A DNA stretch of 64,000 bases from Hormiphora californensis (lineage: Eukaryota > Animalia > Ctenophora), in NCBI GenBank assembly GCA_020137815.1, contig CM035357.1, forward strand, positions 7,006,001 through 7,070,000, given 5' to 3'. Position 1 is the stretch's first letter; each line of letters starts with the position of its first letter. Position numbers and translations under genes: made by a program. Below are positions 26,783 through 39,200 of this stretch, piece by piece. The notes beneath the pieces were generated by a model. The model was not told where the DNA came from and made no database searches. It saw only the letters and a list, made by a program, of their open reading frames with translations.

Positions 26783-27282
26783 GGTGCCTTACCAGCGCAT
26801 ACTACAACAAACTAACCGGTTGTGTAACTGGACTTGGATTCTACCAATCCTCAGCATATAATAGAGACCCTACTCTCGCTACTTATGCTCATTTTACAGG
26901 TATAGTCCTTGTTGTGAAACTGAAATCCTTAATCCATCTTTATCACTTATATTGGCTTGTTAGTTACTAACCTCCCCCCCCCCTCTCGCAGTGGATGAAG
27001 GATGTCAAAATGGCAGCATTTCTAATCTACAGACTGCCATATCCCTTGGTGATGCCATCACCTCTCTCTTACAACTCAGCCCGCTTCGCGGGCTTCGTTT
27101 TCGCGCGCTACGCGCGCGAGTTGTAAGGGTGACTGCGTCACCAACCATATCCCCTACGGACGTCAGTGGAGGGGTGGTGGTGGGCAGTGTGGTAACTGTA
27201 AAGTGCACCCAGGGATGGCAGTATACCGCAACGTGCAGCAGTGGGGGCAGCTTTCAACCCGCCCTACAATGTGTCTATGAAG
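26783..27282 (+). pseudogene. 5'-truncated paralogue of the secreted sushi-domain gene, carrying an in-frame palindromic insertion
   Basis: CLTSAYYNKLTGCVTGLGFYQSSAYNRDPT aligns with CFTSAHYNDISGCDNGSGFYKSTEYDEDPT (29191-29370); exon 26992-27282 aligns with 29586-29765. I found no signal-peptide exons upstream. Confidence 0.55.
27046..27144. mobile_element. 99-bp palindromic mini-element with a 9-bp TSD inside a coding exon
   Basis: TSD ccatatccc (27037-27045, 27145-27153); TIR ttggtgatgc / gcgtcaccaa; two internal GC hairpins. Confidence 0.9.
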
Positions 27283-27304
27283 GTAACATGAACGTGCAAT
27301 TAAT

Positions 27305-27425
27305 AGTCGGACCCCGATTTACCGGGATACTCAGGGGAAAGGGATTTGCCCGGTATATCGGGGTCAAATACTGTTAATTTCCTAATTCGGGGAAGTTCAT
27401 CCTCCCGGTAAATCGGGGTCCGACC
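27305..27425. mobile_element. Small MITE family gtcggaccccgatttaccggg...cccggtaaatcggggtccgac
   Basis: Inverted termini; related copies at ~42222-42320 and ~55274-55366. Confidence 0.8.
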
Positions 27426-28135
27426 ATATAAACATGTAAAGTAAAAACATTGGCAGTGGAATATCTATCAGAATGTTCCACAGCCAGTGTGTGCTTACCA
27501 TTTGAAGGGGTTTCCTTATCATGAGACATGGTTACATATCAACCGACACATATGTGTTCATAATTTGGAAACTCTCTTTTTCGCCTTCTTTGATTTCCTA
27601 CAGCGCTGACAATGCTACTGCCAACACCTCACCATAGTGGGTACCACCCCGCCCCGCTAAACAGAACCTAAAGTTGTTTCCTTACCAAGATACTTTATTA
27701 CTTAATTTCAGTGTACCACATCTGTTGTAGGGATATGATATCCTTGGATACCCCATAATTGTGCGATGGTAAGGGGCAGATATCCATACCCCAGACATTG
27801 TTGTATCGTCCCAAAGCAGAAGAGACACAAGTATCGTTCACAACATTTAGTTTTTATTTCTAGTAGGAGATGCTGTGTGGGGGAGAGTCTGAACTGCAAT
27901 ATTACAATGACGTTTAGTTTCGCATTGGTTGGGAACATGTCAGTGGCGCCGGGGTGGGGGCAAGTCTATTGTATTGGAACAATGTACGTACAACTCGCTA
28001 TATAATAATAGCTAATCATTGTTCATTTTCAATGCGAAGGAGTCTTTAGTAGTCCTTTTACCTATTGAACAGATAATTACAGCTCTGATACCAGGCAACT
28101 TAATCTCATCTCCATTGGAGAAGCTCGCTTTAAGT

Positions 28136-28430
28136 AGTTGCTATCATTGATTATTAATATAAAACCCCATGTTCTTACTCTCGCTATGTTCGTGACTAGT
28201 TGCTATCATTGATTATTAATATAAAACCCCATGTTCTTACTCTCGCTATGTTCGTGACTAGTTGCTATCATTGATTATTAATATAAAACCCCATGTTCTT
28301 ACTCTCGCTATGTTCGTGACTAGTTGCTATCATTGATTATTAATATAAAACCCCGTGTTCTTACTCTCGCTATGTTCGTGACTAGTTGCTATCATTGATT
28401 ATTAATATAAAACCCCGTGTTCGTGACTAG
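28136..28430. repeat. 62-bp tandem repeat, about 4.7 copies
   Basis: Unit agttgctatcattgattattaatataaaaccccatgttcttactctcgctatgttcgtgact starting at 28136, 28198, 28260, 28322 and 28384. Confidence 0.95.
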
Positions 28431-28504
28431 TTGGCTACTGAAAAGAGAGAGAGCTAACCAACAAGACGCTGCACACCCCACGTGGGGTATGCGTCTTGTT
28501 GGTT

Positions 28505-28569
<65 letters not shown>

Positions 28570-28819
28570 CAGTAGCCAACTAGGCCCACTTAGAAATATT
28601 GGAATTGTTAGCTAGTATTGTCATGTTAGTTGCAGTTTGCTGTTGAGATTCTTAATTACTTTCTTATATAATAATACTCGAGACATTGAGACATTGAATT
28701 ATATTCTTTCTGCTATAGCTAATGATGAATACTATTTTCTTAACCTATCTTTATTTTTTGTTGATCGACATATTTTTATTAAATCTAAATAACTGTTTTA
28801 GTTCAACTTATATGTACCA

Positions 28820-29773
28820 ATGTTCGGTACTGTGGTGTTAGTGGTATTATTCATACTTCCATCATGTTTAAGCAAAGGTAAACATCACTATTTTCAACTT
28901 AATTGGAAGTTTTACTTTTTATTACTAGGGACGACTTAAAATAGTGTTACTGTTTTACTTTATTTACTTTTTATTACCACATGTTGGTAAATTATACTAT
29001 CCTGCAGAGTACGCTGCGCTTATTGTGCAGAAGGTGGAGGGACAAACAATTGACGATGAGTACATTGGGGTTTACGTTCCAAGACCTGATAACGTTCCTG
29101 TTTGTGGTAAGGGGGGAGGGGGTGATAAGATCAAATGGGAGGGAGAGAGGTTGCCAGGATCAACATTAAATTATTCATTTCTCTCTTCAGATAAAACAGC
29201 CTACATTGAACAGACCAGTAAAACTCTCCTCTACGTGGCATACAACTCCAAATGGTGCTTCACAAGTGCCCACTACAACGACATATCGGGCTGTGACAAT
29301 GGTTCGGGGTTTTACAAGTCAACTGAATACGACGAGGACCCTACAATTACAACTTTCGGCGAGGTTACAGGTAAAATATCAAGCCCAGGTTACTATCCCA
29401 AATTTCAGCTGGTAACTTGCTGGCAACTAATAAAACTGGTAACCGAACAGAAAACATCGGGCACATGACGTTATATTGCCTAGCTAGACCCCCATTCGTG
29501 CGCCCCGCCCGCGAGTTTTATAAATTAAAATAAAATGGGTTTGAACAAAACCAACGTTATCCTACTTAATCAATCGATACTTCAGTTAAGGAAGCGTGTC
29601 TGGTGGGAGATGTGGACAGTATTACAACCCCAATCTCACCCCTGGATGCTACCGGAGCAGTTCTAGTGGGGTCTACAGTGACTGTATCCTGTCAGAGTTT
29701 GAGAGGTACCTTTACCACAACCTGTCAGAGTGGAGGCACCTTCGAACCCCTACTATCTTGCTTGGGTGAGTAA
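28820..29773 (+). CDS. Small secreted protein: signal peptide, Cys-containing domain and one sushi/CCP-like domain
   Basis: Exons 28820-28877 (MFGTVVLVVLFILPSCLSK), 29008-29106, 29191-29370, 29586-29773 (C...GSTVTVSC...TCQSGGTFEPLLSC). All introns are phase 1. It may end at the TAA at 29773 or splice onward at 29765. Confidence 0.7.
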
Positions 29774-30123
29774 CAGCTGAGCGTTAACAAGTTGCCTGAT
29801 CTGCATGGTGGTCATCAGTATGACTTGCCCGTTGATTCCTAATCCAATTTAGATTGCTAGTTGTTGACTTGTTGTGTCGCATGAAACAACTGTTTTATGG
29901 CTGGCATTAGTGTTTAATTTTGCACTGCTAAAATATTTGACCGAATCAATACACATACACTCACTAAGTAGCTTCAACACTCCTACAAAACCCCTAAGTT
30001 GCAAAACAAATAACTCAGATATCAAGTGAAAGTGATTTTAATTTCAATTTCAATTAAATTAATTCGTAGAAATTTGATCAATACAATTGATGGTACGCGT
30101 TCACGTTCCATCTAACTTCTTAC

Positions 30124-31710
30124 CCTGTAATATCCTCGTTTTGAAAGGATCCTATCCACCTCATCTTCCCACTTGTCTGTATCGCCCACTTCCTCAAACC
30201 TGCAATAAATAATTGTTGTTGTACATACTCCACCTCATCACTCGTTCGTTACGTTGCAGTTCGTTTCACTTTTGCTTGTCTCAGACACCAATAAGGGCTC
30301 TTCCTCTCACTAAAATGCAACTTAAATCCGTCTCAAATACCCATTTCTAGCACACATGAACTCCCAGTTACCACTGAACTGTCTCTCGGGCCTGGCCTAG
30401 TCTCATCACTAAATTACAGCTACATTCTTGGCCAATATTACCCACCGCCCCACCCCCACCCGCCCTCCCTCACCCACCTCTCCCAATATAGCGGACATTG
30501 CTATACACCACACTACAGAGACAATCCTTGTGTTTTGGTGCACTAAGTCGCTTATCGCGTGTAACAACTAACAAATGTTCTTATCTGTCCCATCCGCATA
30601 GTATTCTAGAACATTTTACAGTATATTGGTGCTACATTCAGTCCTACCCCTTATCTGTGTTCAATCGTTTTTGTTTATCTTCATCTCCGATCCACTGGAA
30701 ATGCATATACCTCTCATCTCATCATCAACAACATCACGGTACCAATCATCCATCAAAATTCTGTAAGTTCACCTGTCCGTATTGTCTGTTCACAGATTGT
30801 GTAAAGTTTATATTGTGAATGTAATTTACTATTCAAAACACGGTAAACATCGGGATTCCAGACCCAAACTCAAGAAATTCTCAAAGGCAAAACGTTACCT
30901 TGTTCCAGACAAAACAAACTCAAGACACTCAAAGGCAAATCGTTACCTTGTTCCAGACTAAACTAAACTCAAGACACTCTCAACGGCAAAACGTTACCCT
31001 GTTCCAGACTAAACTAAACTCAAGACACTCTCAAAGGCAAAACGTTACCTGCTCCAGCTTAATATAAACCTTAGGAATTGATTTAGGCCAGGAGTAGTGT
31101 GATACCCCTGTCGACGTCGTGCGGCTCACGCCGCTCGGCGTCGCCAGTGGTTGACCACGGTCTTCCTGGAGCGTCTGAAGTAACATGCTCTGCATAAACT
31201 GATTGGTGGGTGGCCTTGCTACGGCGGAGTGGTGGACGTGCTGGGGCGCCTAATAAGCGTGCTCGGTGCGGCCGCCGCTACTTTCGGGCAGGTCACTCGC
31301 CAGACGCAGCAAGTACAAACAAACAAACAAACAAACTCCACCTCATACTCAATTACATGTGTTTTTTTGTTTGTACTTTTTATCATACTCTGCTCATTCC
31401 TTGAATTAAAAAACAGTTAAAATGAGCACAGATCATAGCAAATGATGTAAGTACAGATTACATCAGAATTCAGATCATATGTCTGTCTGATTTCAGTACA
31501 AACTCACAACCCTTACCCGGTGGAAATGATATCAGGATCCTTATCAAGTCCCAGGAGGGGAGTTATATCATCTCTTGGCACCGTACTCCCCACATTCCAA
31601 GTCAACATGTGAACCTTCACCGTTGTTGCCATGGTAGCTACCACTCCGGATACTAGTAGCAGTAGGGTAATCAGTTGAACATGTGGGCAGCCGTAGAACG
31701 AGATGAGCAT
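30124..31710 (-). CDS. Inositol polyphosphate 5-phosphatase-like gene, N-terminal exons only, with a signal peptide
   Basis: Exon 31710-31517 MLISF...LLLLVSGVVA...VHMLTWNVG...PDIISTG (family motifs TWNV and PDIxxxGxQE); candidate next exons 31174-31049 (LQE...YIKLEQ, needs an indel) and 30199-30124 (FEEVGDTDKWEDEVDRILSKRGYYR, in frame). Catalytic GDLNYR and PxWxDR motifs were not found. Confidence 0.65.
30866..31050 (-). repeat. ~51-bp tandem repeat (about 4 copies) spanning a minus-strand splice donor
   Basis: Unit contains cgttacc (ggtaacg on the minus strand) at 30893, 30941, 30992 and 31043. Confidence 0.85.
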
Positions 31711-31855
31711 CAACTTAATCTCATGGTGTGTGCTAACAACTCGAACTGCAAAATGAGGCTTTTGGAGCAGGCAGTCAAGGTGGACGATGAGGTGTTACAG
31801 GGGCGTGGATATTTAAAGAGGAAGGGAGAGAGATAGAGAGGGAGATAGAGATAGA

Positions 31856-31921
<66 letters not shown>

Positions 31922-31944
31922 TAGAGAGGAGAGAGAGAGACAGA

Positions 31945-32007
<63 letters not shown>

Positions 32008-32543
32008 GAGAGAGAGACAGAGAGAGAGAGACAGAGAGAGAGAGACAGAGAGAGAGAGAGACAGAGAGATTGGGGTAACCATTCTGTAACTCAAAATGAC
32101 AAGAGTCTTTCCTTCTCTGTATATCTCTCTCATTCAATTTTTTTTGTGTGACAAGGACCCGTACAGCAGCAGCAGCCACTCCTATCCTGTGACTCGAATT
32201 TGGCTACTACTTGGATTATGACCTGTTTTATTCTAACTACAAAGCTACACAGAGTGCAATGGGGGAAGGTGAGGCAGGGCAGGATGGACTAAAGATGAAC
32301 CAATATTTGAGAACAGAATATTCCAGTGTGTATAGAACAATGCTCAGTCGACCGGTGGACGATGTCACATCTCACCTACAGCACCCTCAAACAACCACAC
32401 ACATTGTACTCACCATATTTCCGATGTTTGTGTTCATCAGCTAAAATAACCGAGCTTTTCGAGGTTTCGAGATTTCTTGGTTCTGGTTCACCTGGAAACC
32501 TGTAATACATAGTTCAATGTTTATATTGGGGAGAGAGAGAGAG

Positions 32544-32608
<65 letters not shown>

Positions 32609-34017
32609 GGGAGAGAGAGAGAGAGAGAGAGAGAGCACCAGCTGTGACAGAATGAAGCTGCTCCCACTTCCCAAACAGGTGCATCAAGAGAAGTAGCAAC
32701 ATATCACCAACATACTCATTATATCCGTAATATTCATTTCTGTGACCACCAATCTATTTCTCTGTTGCGTTCTCTTCCTTCATTTTCTCTATCTCTCTCT
32801 CTTCTGTCAATGGCAATTGGGGTAACCAGCCTGTACGTTACATTTTGAGTTACAGACTGTAAAATGACTAAAGTCTCTCCCCCTCTCTATATCGCCCTAT
32901 CTTTCTTTGAGTATCTCCCTCTCATGCACTTTCTGCCTGATACTCTGATGTATCTAGCCATGAGTTCTGGTTGACTTGTTCTATTTTCGAACTTGTCTTT
33001 TTGTACCCTCTCGCCAAGATAATACACAAAACATGTTGAGATTCATTATGTGACAATGAAGAACCAAAATACTATCCTAGAAAACGAATAGAAAAGTGTG
33101 ATTACCAGTAAGGGGTACACCCCTTACTCAACAATCATATATCATTACCTTGATCTGCGAGATGGGTAGATCCAATTCACTATATATCTCCTCCTCTAAC
33201 AAGAAGTTGAACTTCCATTTCTGTTAAACTACACTCGTTTGCCCACTGGTGGCGTGATAAAATGCACCTGTAGGAAAATATGATCAGTTAAATTCTAGCT
33301 CATCATCATCAGCATCATATTCTAGTGCATAGTGGGCCGATAGTCAATAGTTATGATAAAACTTATGGATGACGAACTTTCAAGCTTTTGTTGGAAATGG
33401 AAACTGATCCAGCATACGGTGCAGGCCGCAGGTTTGAATTTATTTGTCTCTACGAAGAAGAATAGGGAATTCTATAGCAAGGGAGAGAGAGATTAACACA
33501 GCCGCCCCTAATCCACCGCCACACATGGATGAACTGTGTGTGTTCTGCGATGCTAGGGTGGCACTTTACACATGTCTTCTGCTGTATAGTTGTTGAGTAA
33601 TCCCCTTACAATCTGCTATTGGGTATCCTAGCTTCAGCTCTCACCATCACACTGCAGTGGCATTTCAATTTAATTGCTGATTTCGATTTAATTCCTGATC
33701 TTTCGTCTTCAGTTTCTACCTGTAGCCTAATCATAATAATTAAACGATCCCTGCTGTTTATCGTCCAGGTGCTCAAAATGTCGAGTGTCACACTCCTGAT
33801 ATTTGTTTTTTACGTCACTGATTGCACAGTTGGTGCTCTCCGTGCTAAGCCCCGTAATTTTAGTAACTCATGATCATGTGATCAGCGATATAGAGAGGGT
33901 TCAATGAAGGGTTTTCTAGGTATGACGTGATGTTGTACTATTCGTGCATTCTGTTGCCCTCTGTTTACTGTTTCAATCGCTTTGCAGAATTATGGTACTA
34001 CACGTCATGATACTACA

Positions 34018-34041
34018 CATTTGTTTGTTTGTTTGTTTGTT

Positions 34042-34072
<31 letters not shown>

Positions 34073-34218
34073 GCTGTCTGTCTGTCTGTCTGTCTGTCTG
34101 GCTGTTGCTGTCTGTCTGTCGTCTGGCTGTTGCTCTGTCTGTCTGTCTGTCTGTCTGTCTGTTGTCTGTCTGTTGTCTGTCGTCTGTCTGTCTGTCTGTT
34201 GCTGTCTGTTGTTGTCTG

Positions 34219-34254
<36 letters not shown>

Positions 34255-34436
34255 GTTGTTGTTTGTTTGTTGTTTGTTGTTGTTTGTTGTTGGTTGTTTG
34301 TGTTTGTTTGTTGTTGTTTGTTTTGTTTGTTTGTTTGTTTGTTTGTTTGTTTGTTTGTGTGTTGTTGTTTGTTTGTTGTGTGTTTGTTTGGTTTTGTTGT
34401 TTGTTTGTTTGTTTGTTTGTTTGTTTGTTTGTTTGT
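34018..34436. repeat. Degenerate (GTTT)n/(GTCT)n microsatellite
   Basis: Direct inspection; it accounts for the four low-complexity ORFs here. Confidence 0.95.
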
Positions 34437-35149
34437 ATAGGTAGAGCATGACATCATGATATTACCAACTTTATGGTAGCATGTATGATTATAACTGCAG
34501 TAGCTAGAATCTAGCTGCTGCAGATACGGTATCTGATCTACTAAATGCTAACTTTCATGTGCAATTGTTCTAGAATTTGAGGGAAGTTGATATTTGAGAG
34601 GATGATATAAGGAGGAACCATTTTGGGATTCCATTGGAGTCTTTTCACACGTTACATAATATATATCACATTGATTTATGCGATTGGAGTGAGGGGTTGA
34701 TGAGCCTATACTTTTTTGTAGATTGATCTAGGTGAATGTTACTTTTCGGAAATTGCGATGCGGTGATGCAGCGGTATATGTAACCAGTTAACTGCAGTTA
34801 TGTCCCAGTTATGTATTTCAGAAGATCATATTTTGTCGGTTCAGCTTTGAAAGTAATGCAGCTGTTTTTTAACTGTTCAGTTATTTTATAGATCCTTCGT
34901 GCAAGAATTTATTGGGTAAATAATTGAATTGTTCATACTATTTTAGTGCAGACACAGTGTGTCGAGAGGAGACTCAAATACATAACTAATTGCATACCGC
35001 CCGTGCCACTAGAAATATCAGCCCGAAAGCTGATGATACTATTACATATCCTTGTTCCTTCGAACTTATTGGAGGTGCATAATGAGCCCACCTCCCCCTA
35101 GTTAGAGTAACTGGCAGCTGTTACTTCTGAATCACATATAAATCCCAAA

Positions 35150-35183
<34 letters not shown>

Positions 35184-35479
35184 AATCGAATACACGCACT
35201 ATCCGACGGCGGGCGTGAGCCCGCCTCGGACAGGTAAGATCCCCTAATTCCGGATGCATTGTCACACCTAAGGAAAAAGGGGGTACCTGAATAAAGATAA
35301 CAACGGAACCCAGAAGGGCGGGGAGATATAAGGGTAGCAAAATGATAATGAACTCGATTAAATAGGATGTTACCCCGCATAATGAGTACATAAGATGGTC
35401 AAAAAATATTTAATAAACATAGGGACACACAAAATGAAAACTCTACATTAGGGAGGGGCACAAGAGGGGAAACGCAGGC

Positions 35480-36235
35480 TTAGGAGAGAAAAGGTCCGAG
35501 TTCTGCACCCGTACCCAAGGGACAGAGGAGCGGAGAGGAGACGACCTGCCTAAACCACTCTCTTGTGCCCGTAAAGTAAAAATGTGGGCACAGGGGGTTG
35601 ACGTTACTATGAGAAAGTGAGCTAAAAGTGAACAGGGAGATAGAATTACAACCCACTGTGCCCAAATCCTACCTTAAACTACTCACAGCCGCTATAGTAA
35701 TACCAACAATGGTCAGAAAAATCGAAACATAAAGAAGTCTAACGCTAGGGTGGAGCCCAGGAAGGGAACAGCAGGTTTAGAGAAAAAAAGGGAAGCGAGA
35801 GTAGCTACCTGCCTAACCACTTTTGGGCTCCGAAAACAAATACAAGTGGCACAGGGGATTGACGTCACTAGGGAAGTGGGAACTGAAAGCGGAAAGGGGG
35901 CATAGTTATTACAACCCACTGTGCCCAAAGCTTAACTTAAACTACCCACAGCCACTAGGTGGACATAACGATATAGGCCCCAAATACCACTGAAGGCGGT
36001 TGACACAATATAAACATAAGAAGTCTAGAGCTACGAGAGGAGCCCAAGAAGGGACGACAGGTTTAGAGAACGAAAGGGGAGCGAGCGAGAAGCTACCTGC
36101 CTAAACCACTCTCTTGGGCTCCGGAACAATTAAAACATATGGGCGCAGAGGATTGACGTCACTAAGAAAAGAGGAACTAAAAGCGGACAGGGAAATAGTA
36201 TTACAATCCTCTGTGCCCAAAACTTAAATTAGACT
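35480..36235 (-). repeat. Three diverged direct repeats (~235-280 bp period) in the retrotransposon 3' UTR
   Basis: Shared blocks acctgcctaa(a)ccact...ttgacgt(c/t)acta...ttacaa...ctgtgcccaaa at ~35540-35665, ~35805-35930 and ~36095-36220. Confidence 0.8.
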
Positions 36236-39200
36236 ACAAAATAAACAATTTTACATGTCAAGGAAATTCCTCAGAATATTAGAGGATGCGAAATAGGACA
36301 GTTTTCTGCAACTGGGAAGACGAGATGCGTTTGGTCACCGGGATAGATACTCTGGGAGTTTATCCGTTACACCGCCGAGCGTGCCATTACTATAGGCACG
36401 ACCGTTACCTTAGATAACCCCCAGATGCTCTGGATTTCTCCCGAAGCTCCTGGTACTTCTGAACCTTTTCGATTTCTCGATCTGCAACAAGCGTTCTTTT
36501 GGCACAGCACATCACGATAATCGGTCCTTCTTCCGTTTGTCAACAAGCACCAAATCAGGTTTACAGGCCTGTATAGTTCTGTCACATTGGATAAGGAAGT
36601 CCCATAAGATCTTATAGCGTTCATTCTCTAGTACCTTTTCTGCATAATGAAGAAACCAAGGAGTGGTAGTCGAACCAGAATCGATACACATACCCCAATG
36701 TATCGCAGCCGCAACTCGATCATGCCGTTGTTTATATTCAGAGTTAGCTAGCTTTTGGCAATTGCTAAGTATGTGCTCCACCGATTCATTGTGTTCACGA
36801 CACAATTCTGCACAGCGGAGAAGTATCAGCCGCTCTCTGAATGATTGCTCGTAACCAATTAGTGGTAAGCGCTGGTCCTGAGCAGCAAATAGACTGCTTC
36901 TGTATTCTTTGGCATGCTTGTTTAAGGAGCCAGGACCAAGTTTCATTCAGAGAACACCCGCCCTCCTCTAACTGTTGCAGGAACCTGCCATGAACCGGTT
37001 TAGCCTTCCACGTATCGATCAACGGTTCTCGTGTTGCAATTTAAGTACCTCTCCGTCCTCTGGATCCCTAAGAAGCATACCTTCGACGTTCATCGCAGAG
37101 AAGAGGCTCTGAAGTTTAGAATCGTTAGAGTCATTGAAAAATGAAGTCAACGCTACCTCTTCTCTAACGATAACATCTTCCATGCGTTGGAGACCACCCT
37201 ACCTCCCTTTTCCGGCTGACGTAAAGACGATCCACATCACTATATGGCTGTGGATGGCACCCGATTGCGAAGTAGTTTACGTGTCTGTGTATCAAGACCC
37301 TTAGTCTCCGTTACTGTCCAGGACAGAATACCTGCACCGTATCTGATAACGGGACCGCCCAACTATTTATAGCAGTAATAAGATTTCTGCTAGTAAGAGA
37401 GGATTTAAGGAGAGTTTAATACGGCGAAAATATTCCGTGGAAGTAATCTCTTTCATACGCTTATTAAGGATAATATCAGTTTCTAAAATACCTAAATACC
37501 TATAACCCCTTCCTCGACTTCAGGGAGGGCAGAACCATCCGGAAGGGATATGCCGTCCCAGTATTACTCTCTGGCCATCACCAATGCACAGTACCACATT
37601 TATCAGTCCAAACTCCATGTGATGTCTCTGCTAAATTTAGCAGGCTCTAGGAGTGAGCTAAGCTCAGCAGCACTGCGGCCATATAGTTTCAGGTCGTCAT
37701 ATATAGGGGTGATTGATATTGGTTTCATCGCCCGATGGTAAGAGAACTTTAAAACCAGAGTCAGAGCGGCTCAGAAGATAAGATAGGGGGATAAGGGCAA
37801 TAATAAAGTGCATGGGGGAGACTGAGTCACCCTGGAACAGACCACGCTTGATGGGGACCTTACCTAGGTCTCTGCCGCTAAGGAAAAGATTTACGGAACA
37901 CTGGGAAAAGGAAGTTCTAAAGAAGAAATAAGGACGGGTGTATCTTGCATAGTGGACATAGAATCTAAGATCCAAGAGTGAGGGACCGAGTCGTAGGCCT
38001 TTTTGTAATCGATAAAGACATGTGAACAGATCGCTTAAGTCTCTAGCTTGCCTAAGGATCAATTTATCAATAAGGAGCTGCTCTTTGCACCCGGCTGTTC
38101 CGTTTGCATCCTTTTGTCCTCCGGGAAGAGCCCGTTAGCGTCTAGGTGCGAATAAATCTGGTCTGCAAGGATGCCTGTGGTAAGCTTCCAGATGTTAGGT
38201 AAGCATGTAATAGGCCTGAAGTTGCTCGGGTCTGGAATCCCTTACCAGATCCTTCATAAGTAAGAAGGTCCTTCCTTCGGTCATCCAGCTAGGTATATTA
38301 CCAGTAAGAAGACTCTCTGAAATGAGAGTAGCCAACCGGCTTGAAGACAAAACGTGCTTGAGCCAGAATCCGTGGAGGCCATCGATTCGGGGGCGGTCCA
38401 GTTGCTCATCCTTTGAATCGGGCGGCAACTGTTCCAGGGCAATTGAGAAATCGGGCTGGGGCACCACTGTATTCATCTCGTTTTCAACTGTGGGTAGCCA
38501 ATCGGCTTCAGTGTTGTACCCCATCTCGTTTCCCCAATGCCTCCCCAAACACGGTGTACTCCTCCGGATCCGCCTCTGCAGCAAGTGTGTTGTTGCTGGA
38601 TCAGGAGGGTTGCCTAAGATCTATAAAAGTTACGCTGGTGGGTCTCAAAGAGGTGGTTCTGCCGATATGTCTGCGATTTTTTGTGTATCTCCTTATCTTC
38701 GCAGATTTGGCCAAGAGACGCTGTTTGACTCTTCGATGGTGGTAGGGAGACCTTTACACTTAAGTAGGGGATACCGACGGTTAAGCTCCAACTGGGTAGA
38801 CTCCTTTAGCCGTTTACCTTGTGACATTTCCGTTAACCTGGAAAGATCTCCCCGCAGTAGGAGGACGGACCGATCTAGTCTGCGTTTCCACAACGGAGCT
38901 TTAACTTTCTTGGTATTGGCATAGGAGAATCTGAATCTGCATCCCGCGGAGGAGGTTCACCAATTCTATCCCTGACAGTGTGAGCAACAGCTAGGAGTAG
39001 TGTGTTGAGTGATGTGAGTGTGGTGTAGGGATGCGTACAATGGTGGTGTGATGTGGTCTATCTCGTCCCGTATGTCCTTCCACCTTCGGTGTCTTAGATC
39101 CTTGACTTTGATCGATGAGGGATCATCCATAAGATCAATTAGTTTCTCTTTAACAGACACATATGGGCTTCCGTAAGTTGGGTGTTGTACTCACGGGGGG

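Noticed and set aside
28136-28430. CRISPR-like arrays (also 19441, 44575, 59611)
   Set aside because: The units are head to tail with no unique spacers, there are no cas genes, and the context is eukaryotic.
33150-33270. Minus-strand coding exon (GAFYHAT...LPISQIK)
   Set aside because: It has plausible splice sites but stops in all three frames and no identifiable partner exons.
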